This document shows positions 58,653-64,000 of a DNA stretch of 64,000 bases, piece after piece (position 1 is the first letter of the stretch; each line of letters opens with the position of its first letter). The position numbers and the translations under genes were made by a program. Source of the stretch: a virus; UHGV virus genome UHGV-1376660, one strand, 5' to 3'. The notes under the pieces are model-generated. The model made no database searches and had not been told where the DNA came from. It saw only the letters and a program-made list of their open reading frames with translations.

Positions 58653-60356
58653 TCATTTTACGCGTTTGAAAACGTATACGCTGACAGTGATTCCGGTGTC
58701 TTCAAACTCGTCAGTAAACGACTTCCCTTTGGCATAAACGTAATTATCCAGCGTCATCCAGTTCAGAACTGGCGCATCACCCGGCAGTACTGCCACCAGT
58801 CGCCCGCCGACTTTAAGATGCTCCAGCGCGGCCAGCGTATGCTCTCTGTGACGGCCAAGAGAGTAGGGCGGGTTCATGACGATTTTGTCGAACTGATAGC
58901 CTGCGTTGTCCTCAGACCACTTCATGAAGTCACAGCAGACCGTATTTGTGTACCCCTTGCCAAGCAGGATATCAGCGAAGAGAGGTGCGACTTCTATGCA
59001 GGTAACGTCTTCCGGATTGGCGTCGATGCAGGCCAACAGATCTCCGCGCCCGGCTTCAGGCTCCAGCAGCTTCTCACCTGGCTTCAGCTCGATGGCTCTG
59101 GCAACGTACTCCGCTATCAAACGTGGGGTAGGGTAGAACTGGTGTGATTTTGTATCCGGTATTAAGCCGGTGGCCACAATCGTATTGAGCGTATGGCCGA
59201 TCTCATACGGGAACTGCCAGTGCTTTTTCTCCTGCACGCCGCCAATGAAGTTCAGTGTGCGCTCAAGCTCTTCCACCTGTGACTTCTGTAGGTTGGAATC
59301 AGAGAAGTACCAGACGCCTTTGTCTTTGCTGAATCGCCCGTCGCGCAGCGCGGTACGAACCGGCTCGGAGATCGTCTTCTGGATTAACCCGAACTCTTTT
59401 GGTGCCCGTGTTTTGGGTGCAGTACGGCATGGCGCCGGGATTGCTGCAGGCATACTGTAAGCCAGCACCTCATTCAGCTTCCAGGCCACGTCAGGATGTA
59501 TTTCAAAGTGAACGTTGCCGTTCTTGAACATCTTCACGCGCATCAGGTTTCCGTCGACATTCATCCAGTCACCGGTCTGGCAGTCGTTTGCCCGGTACGC
59601 AGCTGATAGCATCTCAGTTGTGCGGTTGATGGTGATGAACTCTTTGTGTGCGAAGAAATGAAGCATGACGCGCAGGTCGTCGATGTAGTCCTCTTTCCGG
59701 TAGTTCACGCTGACGCTGTCCCGCCAGAACTCGGAAATGCAGTTGGCGATGATCAGACGCTCGCTAAAGCCGTTCGTCTTATTGGTCTTGTGGGCAGGAC
59801 TCAGCGCTTTAAACAAGCCATACACGCGCTCAGAGAGATATTTGTGCCTGTCATTCAGCAGATTGAGCATCGTTGGGATGACCGTTTCTGCTTTAAACTC
59901 CGGCACACCAACGAACTCCTTAACCTTCATCTGGTAGCCGGTTCTGTCAGTCCTGATGGTCTCCTGCTTGCCCTCGATAAACTGCTCACGCCACTCGTCG
60001 CGGCGGGAAGCTGGCATGATCAGCAGAACGTTTGTCATATCCGTGACCTTCTTCCAGTACTCGGCCCAGATATTCTGTTTCACCCATTCAAGGTCGACCT
60101 TGTCCAGCCAGGCTCTGTTAAAGCGTGTGCGCTCGTCATCCGGCCGGTGGTTGAGTCGCAGCAGGCGGTTAATCATGTTGTGGCGTTCGTCGCCATAAAC
60201 GAAGTCGTGAACCTGATGCATGAATGCGATCTCTTTCTCGCACTCGGCCACAATTTCGTGGATGACGTTCATTTCCTGCCGGTAGTCGATATCAGTGTTT
60301 GGGGTGATAGCGTCAATGATGGAAAGGGCTGTATTCATGATTGCACCATTAAACAA
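58653..60356 (-). CDS. N6-adenine DNA methyltransferase (C-terminal MTase, large N-terminal domain of unknown function), orphan
   Basis: Motif I EPEAGRGDLL and motif IV IVMNPPY; no restriction endonuclease gene adjacent. Confidence 0.7.
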   Translation of the reverse strand: MFNGAIMNTALSIIDAITPNTDIDYRQEMNVIHEIVAECEKEIAFMHQVHDFVYGDERHNMINRLLRLNHRPDDERTRFNRAWLDKVDLEWVKQNIWAEYWKKVTDMTNVLLIMPASRRDEWREQFIEGKQETIRTDRTGYQMKVKEFVGVPEFKAETVIPTMLNLLNDRHKYLSERVYGLFKALSPAHKTNKTNGFSERLIIANCISEFWRDSVSVNYRKEDYIDDLRVMLHFFAHKEFITINRTTEMLSAAYRANDCQTGDWMNVDGNLMRVKMFKNGNVHFEIHPDVAWKLNEVLAYSMPAAIPAPCRTAPKTRAPKEFGLIQKTISEPVRTALRDGRFSKDKGVWYFSDSNLQKSQVEELERTLNFIGGVQEKKHWQFPYEIGHTLNTIVATGLIPDTKSHQFYPTPRLIAEYVARAIELKPGEKLLEPEAGRGDLLACIDANPEDVTCIEVAPLFADILLGKGYTNTVCCDFMKWSEDNAGYQFDKIVMNPPYSLGRHREHTLAALEHLKVGGRLVAVLPGDAPVLNWMTLDNYVYAKGKSFTDEFEDTGITVSVYVFKRVK

Positions 60357-60479
60357 ATTGTTTTCTTGTTGGTGTTATTTTCCCAAAGTTGAAAAGGCGT
60401 AAAAGCAGCATTCACAGGCGTTGCAGCTGATTTAAGGCGTAAAAAGGGGGGCTTTCGCCCCCTGTCGGCAGGTGAGAAA

Positions 60480-61079
60480 TTAGTGGTGTACGTGCTGCGT
60501 TTTGTGCGGCTGTTTGTTCAGGTCGTGGCGATGGGTCAGCTCGCGCATCATGTCTTCAAGACGGCTCTTGGTGTCGTCAAGCTGGTCGGCCATTGCCCCC
60601 AGCAGCTGGCGAACGGCCATCGGATCGTCGCTGTTCAGCTCAGGCATTTTGAATCCAGCCTGGGAAGACATCAGTTTGAAGGCGGCCAGCAACATCGCCA
60701 GAGAAGACTTCAACCCGGCGATTTCACGATCTTTGCTGGCGTTGGTTTCATCTGCCTTGACTGAATCCGGTGAGCACTTCGGCTTGCTTACCATTTCCAG
60801 AGTTGCCTGAAGTTTGTCGGCGCGTTCTTTCTCTTCCAGATACGCTTCGCCGAAATGACGCGCCAGCATCACAATTTCAATCGGATCATCAATCATGCTT
60901 GAGAACTTGAGAACGCTGAAAAGGCGGTCGATAGGGGAGGCGTCGTCTTCGTGACCAACCACAAGACCCATGATCTCAACCAGTTCGGCCGCACCAACTT
61001 TTTTAATCACGCTTTCAACTTTGGCATTAGTTTTTTTGCATTTTTCGCACATGTGTTTTTTCCTTATGTTTTTAAACAA
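60480..61079 (-). CDS. hypothetical protein (CxxC at N-terminus)
   Basis: ORF; start possibly at MCEKCKK. Confidence 0.45.
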   Translation of the reverse strand: MFKNIRKKHMCEKCKKTNAKVESVIKKVGAAELVEIMGLVVGHEDDASPIDRLFSVLKFSSMIDDPIEIVMLARHFGEAYLEEKERADKLQATLEMVSKPKCSPDSVKADETNASKDREIAGLKSSLAMLLAAFKLMSSQAGFKMPELNSDDPMAVRQLLGAMADQLDDTKSRLEDMMRELTHRHDLNKQPHKTQHVHH

Positions 61080-61160
61080 GTTGTTTTCTCGATGGCGTTA
61101 TCGTGGCGTGACTGAAAAGGTGGGCAAACGCTACGTAAAGGCGGACGCCCACACTGACGG

Positions 61161-61976
61161 TTAATGAAGACGTTTGGGTTCCTTCATTTCACGTTCGACA
61201 TGCTCACGACACGGCTCATACTCAATGGCGCTGGCGGTAATTTTCCCGGCAGCAATTAGCTTCACGGCAGCAAAGCAAAGTCCTTTAAAGGTGAACTTGG
61301 CCTGGTTGCGTCCGTTTCCGATGACAACGTTTTTGCCATATCCGCGGTCAATGAAGATCTTGAGGAACTGGCGGTTAACAGTGGTGTATTTGCGCTTAAC
61401 GTACACATCACCCAGCGAGTCCATCAGCGCACCCAGAACAGCCCCGGACGTTCCGAGAATGCGACCAGCTTCATTCAGCCCATAAAGCTCATCAGCAGTG
61501 CCGCAAATGGTGTCCATGAGAATGGCTTTTGGTTTTGCGTTAGATAGTGCAACGCCTAACGCTTCGTTCTCTTTCTCCAGACGCTCGTTTTCCTCGACCT
61601 GGTGTAACAAATGAACCAGAGCCTCTTTATAGGTACGTGGAATAGCAGGCGTTCCGCGGTCGGCAAACATGGACTCAAGCTCTCGCCACCGATCAACAAG
61701 GCGTGCGGTAAATTCAGGAGAAAGCTGTGCCACGACAACGATGCTGTCGCGCTTACCCTGTTCGGCTTCGAACAAGTAAAACGTAGCCGGACGCCCGGCA
61801 GTGGGCTTTTCCACCATTGGTGGAAAAGTAATAACGCCGGATTTAGCGAGTCTTTCAATGGTGCGTTTTACGCTGTCATGGCGACTGCCGACCATTTCGG
61901 CGATCTCCTGACTGGTCATCGATGGTTTGGCGTGTAAGCCTGTAGTGGTGGGAGTGTGTGCAGTTGCCTCAAACAT
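61161..61976 (-). CDS. Rha-family phage regulatory protein with C-terminal antirepressor (KilAC-like) domain
   Basis: N-terminal MTSQEIAEMVGSRHDSVKRTIERL resembles Rha; C-terminal half resembles KilAC antirepressor domains. Confidence 0.55.
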   Translation of the reverse strand: MFEATAHTPTTTGLHAKPSMTSQEIAEMVGSRHDSVKRTIERLAKSGVITFPPMVEKPTAGRPATFYLFEAEQGKRDSIVVVAQLSPEFTARLVDRWRELESMFADRGTPAIPRTYKEALVHLLHQVEENERLEKENEALGVALSNAKPKAILMDTICGTADELYGLNEAGRILGTSGAVLGALMDSLGDVYVKRKYTTVNRQFLKIFIDRGYGKNVVIGNGRNQAKFTFKGLCFAAVKLIAAGKITASAIEYEPCREHVEREMKEPKRLH

Positions 61977-62084
61977 ACATTCTCTATTCAGTGTAAAAAG
62001 GGCCGTCAGTGGCCCTTGTTGTTAACTCTCATTGGTTGATTGGCTAAACAATTTGTTTTAACAGTGCCGAAAAGAGATTTGGCA

Positions 62085-62273
62085 TCAAAAGAACCCGAGA
62101 ATGCTGCCCACCGGAACAACGAAAATGCCCACGACACGCGCAAGTGTCATTCCGGCATCAAACTGAAGATCGCCACCGTTCACGAGTTTCACCAGATTCA
62201 TGATCCAGCCGCCAAGCAGAAAAATGGCGAGGCCAACAATCATCGCGGTGACTTTCTGGAAGCTCCATTTCAT
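62085..62273 (-). CDS. small membrane protein (two transmembrane helices)
   Basis: 62 aa, hydrophobic. Confidence 0.45.
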   Translation of the reverse strand: MKWSFQKVTAMIVGLAIFLLGGWIMNLVKLVNGGDLQFDAGMTLARVVGIFVVPVGSILGFF

Positions 62274-62578
62274 GCAATAGCCTCAGTCACAGCAGAAGGA
62301 AGATCCGGAGTTGCAGGTCGAGCTGGAATCGTGTCCAGCAGCATCCCATCCAGAGAGACAGGAGGTCGTTCTGGCAGGGGTGTCGTCTGCAAGGTTGTGG
62401 TGGAAGTAGTTGTGTCCGGTATCAACAGACTCTGACCGGCTGGTATGGCTACCGCTGCCAGGGTTGCTAAAATTACTCCGTAGGCCATTGGCTTCAGTCG
62501 ATTTCGTTGAAAATTTTCCATGAGAACTGTCCTTGTGTTCCTGGGATTCACGCAACACACGAGAGGCGACGGAATCAC
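62270..62578 (-). CDS. Pro/Thr-rich secreted protein candidate, overlapping another ORF (62283..62777) in a different frame
   Basis: Internal start MENFQ..KPMAYGVILATLAAVAIPAG signal-like, then Pro/Thr-rich tail; the overlapped ORF has a coiled-coil N-terminus. Confidence 0.3.
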   Translation of the reverse strand: MIPSPLVCCVNPRNTRTVLMENFQRNRLKPMAYGVILATLAAVAIPAGQSLLIPDTTTSTTTLQTTPLPERPPVSLDGMLLDTIPARPATPDLPSAVTEAIA

Positions 62579-62919
62579 GCACCTTCTCCATGCCTACTGT
62601 CGCGCCCAGATTTGCTATGGCGGTAGCTTGCGCATCAATGCGCTTCTCCAGCTCAAACACTCGTTCTTCCAGTTCCGCAAGGCGTGCAGAAACACGACCG
62701 CTAAACAGCTCGGCCAGAACCAGGCGAATTGAACGGGGACGTTTATTGAAAGAAGTGAAAGGCGTTTGACGTGCCATTTGGATTCCATTCAGTGTCAGAA
62801 AGAGTTGCGGCTGGCCAAGCCAGCCGCCTTTTGGCGTTCCATCCTGGAACAGTACCTAACCGGTACTTCGTCATCCTGACGAACGGTAAGATACCTGATT
62901 TAAAATGATAGGTAAATAC

Positions 62920-63528
62920 TTACCTATCATTTTGTGACAAAAATCCAATGTCACGCTTGTGAGGCATATCAGCTGCGGAGTAGGCGGCGATCTTCGCCAG
63001 GCGGTCACACATTTCGTTCTCGCGATGACCGGCATGACCTTTAACCCACTTCCAGCGGACATTGTGACGGCTGGCGGCCGCATCGAGACGTTTCCAGAGA
63101 TCGACGTTTTTGACTGGCTTCTTCTCAGACGTGATCCATCCGTTACGCTTCCAGCCTTTCATCCAGAGCGTCATGCCGTTTTTAAGATACTGGCTGTCGG
63201 AATGCAGGATCACATTGCAGGGGTACTTCAGACGCTCCAGCGCAATCAGGGCGCCCATCATCTCCATCCGATTGTTGGTCGTGCTGTGGAAACCCTCAGA
63301 AAGCTCGCGCTCTTCACCTCGATACTGGAGAACGATGCCGTAACCGCCAGGCCCGCCCGGATTTTTGAGGCAAGAGCCATCACTGAATACTTTTACGGTT
63401 TTGAGCTGGGGATTGAACTCGACTACGGGGGTTTTGAAGTTGGTACGGGATTGCTGGTGGGTTTGGTATCTGGCTTTGGACTTCGTGCGGCAGCCAGTAT
63501 GTTGCCGGGCTGGGGTCTTGGTCGTCAT
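62920..63528 (-). CDS. rnhA: ribonuclease HI
   Basis: Strong similarity to E. coli RNase HI ([20 protein letters not shown]...TTNNRMEMM...HSDSQY...VKGHAGH..NE.CD) with a ~40-aa N-terminal extension. Confidence 0.85.
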   Translation of the reverse strand: MTTKTPARQHTGCRTKSKARYQTHQQSRTNFKTPVVEFNPQLKTVKVFSDGSCLKNPGGPGGYGIVLQYRGEERELSEGFHSTTNNRMEMMGALIALERLKYPCNVILHSDSQYLKNGMTLWMKGWKRNGWITSEKKPVKNVDLWKRLDAAASRHNVRWKWVKGHAGHRENEMCDRLAKIAAYSAADMPHKRDIGFLSQNDR

Positions 63529-64000
63529 TTTGGCTCCAGAATCGCGCGCCGCGACGATTTTTTTTCCCTCGCGCGTGTGCGCACGCGTGCGTGTAAATAT
63601 TAAAAATTTTTAGAAAAGAAAAACTTACTTCCCAGAACAGGTTTTAATAAAACCTGAACTGAACGAACGAAGTGAGTGAAGTTCACCTCGAACGAAGTGA
63701 GAGGTTGTCTTTTCAGGTAATACTCTCCCAGGGAGGTGAGTACAAAATTTCCTCACCAACCTGGTCGTTACATAACCTGAAAAGTTATGACCTAAGTCTA
63801 CTGCCAGCTTAGGCTTGGGAAGTTATGGATGACAGCACCCCAGAACCGAGATCTTCCCACACTTTATGAAGGGGAGTACTGGATTCAACCTCTCGAAACA
63901 CTCCAGACTCGACAATCATAAAGTGACCCTTCTCTCTGCCCACTTTGGTTCCCCCTTCCCCAACCCCTAAACGGTGCCGGTTCTACGCTGGTAGTGAGCT

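Noticed and set aside
1-64000. Integrase / attP / excisionase
   Set aside because: No tyrosine- or serine-recombinase-like ORF or attP-like core adjacent to the tRNA was found in this window; absence here does not exclude one elsewhere in the genome.

Overview
This 64-kb window is a dense, mostly minus-strand block of a tailed-phage genome with plasmid-like maintenance genes. Reading right to left it holds: an array of small early genes (47.9-63.5 kb), each behind a copy of a conserved promoter/operator motif; a helicase, ParB-like and ATPase block (39-44 kb); terminase, portal, head genes and a complete lambda-type tail gene order (Z-U-V-G/T-H-M-L-K-I-J-stf, 13.8-38.5 kb); a lysis cassette (12.2-13.7 kb); a ParA/RHH partition pair plus a DUF2971-like gene (9.5-11.3 kb); replication genes (DnaB-like helicase, primase, ATP-dependent DNA ligase, 1.9-8.5 kb); and a tRNA-Asn. 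No integrase or attachment site is visible. Together with ParA this suggests an extrachromosomal phage-plasmid lifestyle, consistent with SSU5/pHCM2-like elements; this is an inference only. Outside the core there are three AT-rich inserts: a convergent 350-aa plus-strand ORF inside the replication operon, a DUF2971-like gene, and a 3.2-kb plus-strand island with a secreted protein. There are also two repeat-dense non-coding regions (47.26-47.90 kb and 51.18-52.40 kb) that look like iteron-type origin, packaging or regulatory arrays, and two families of recurrent intergenic motifs. Most small early ORFs have no recognisable function.
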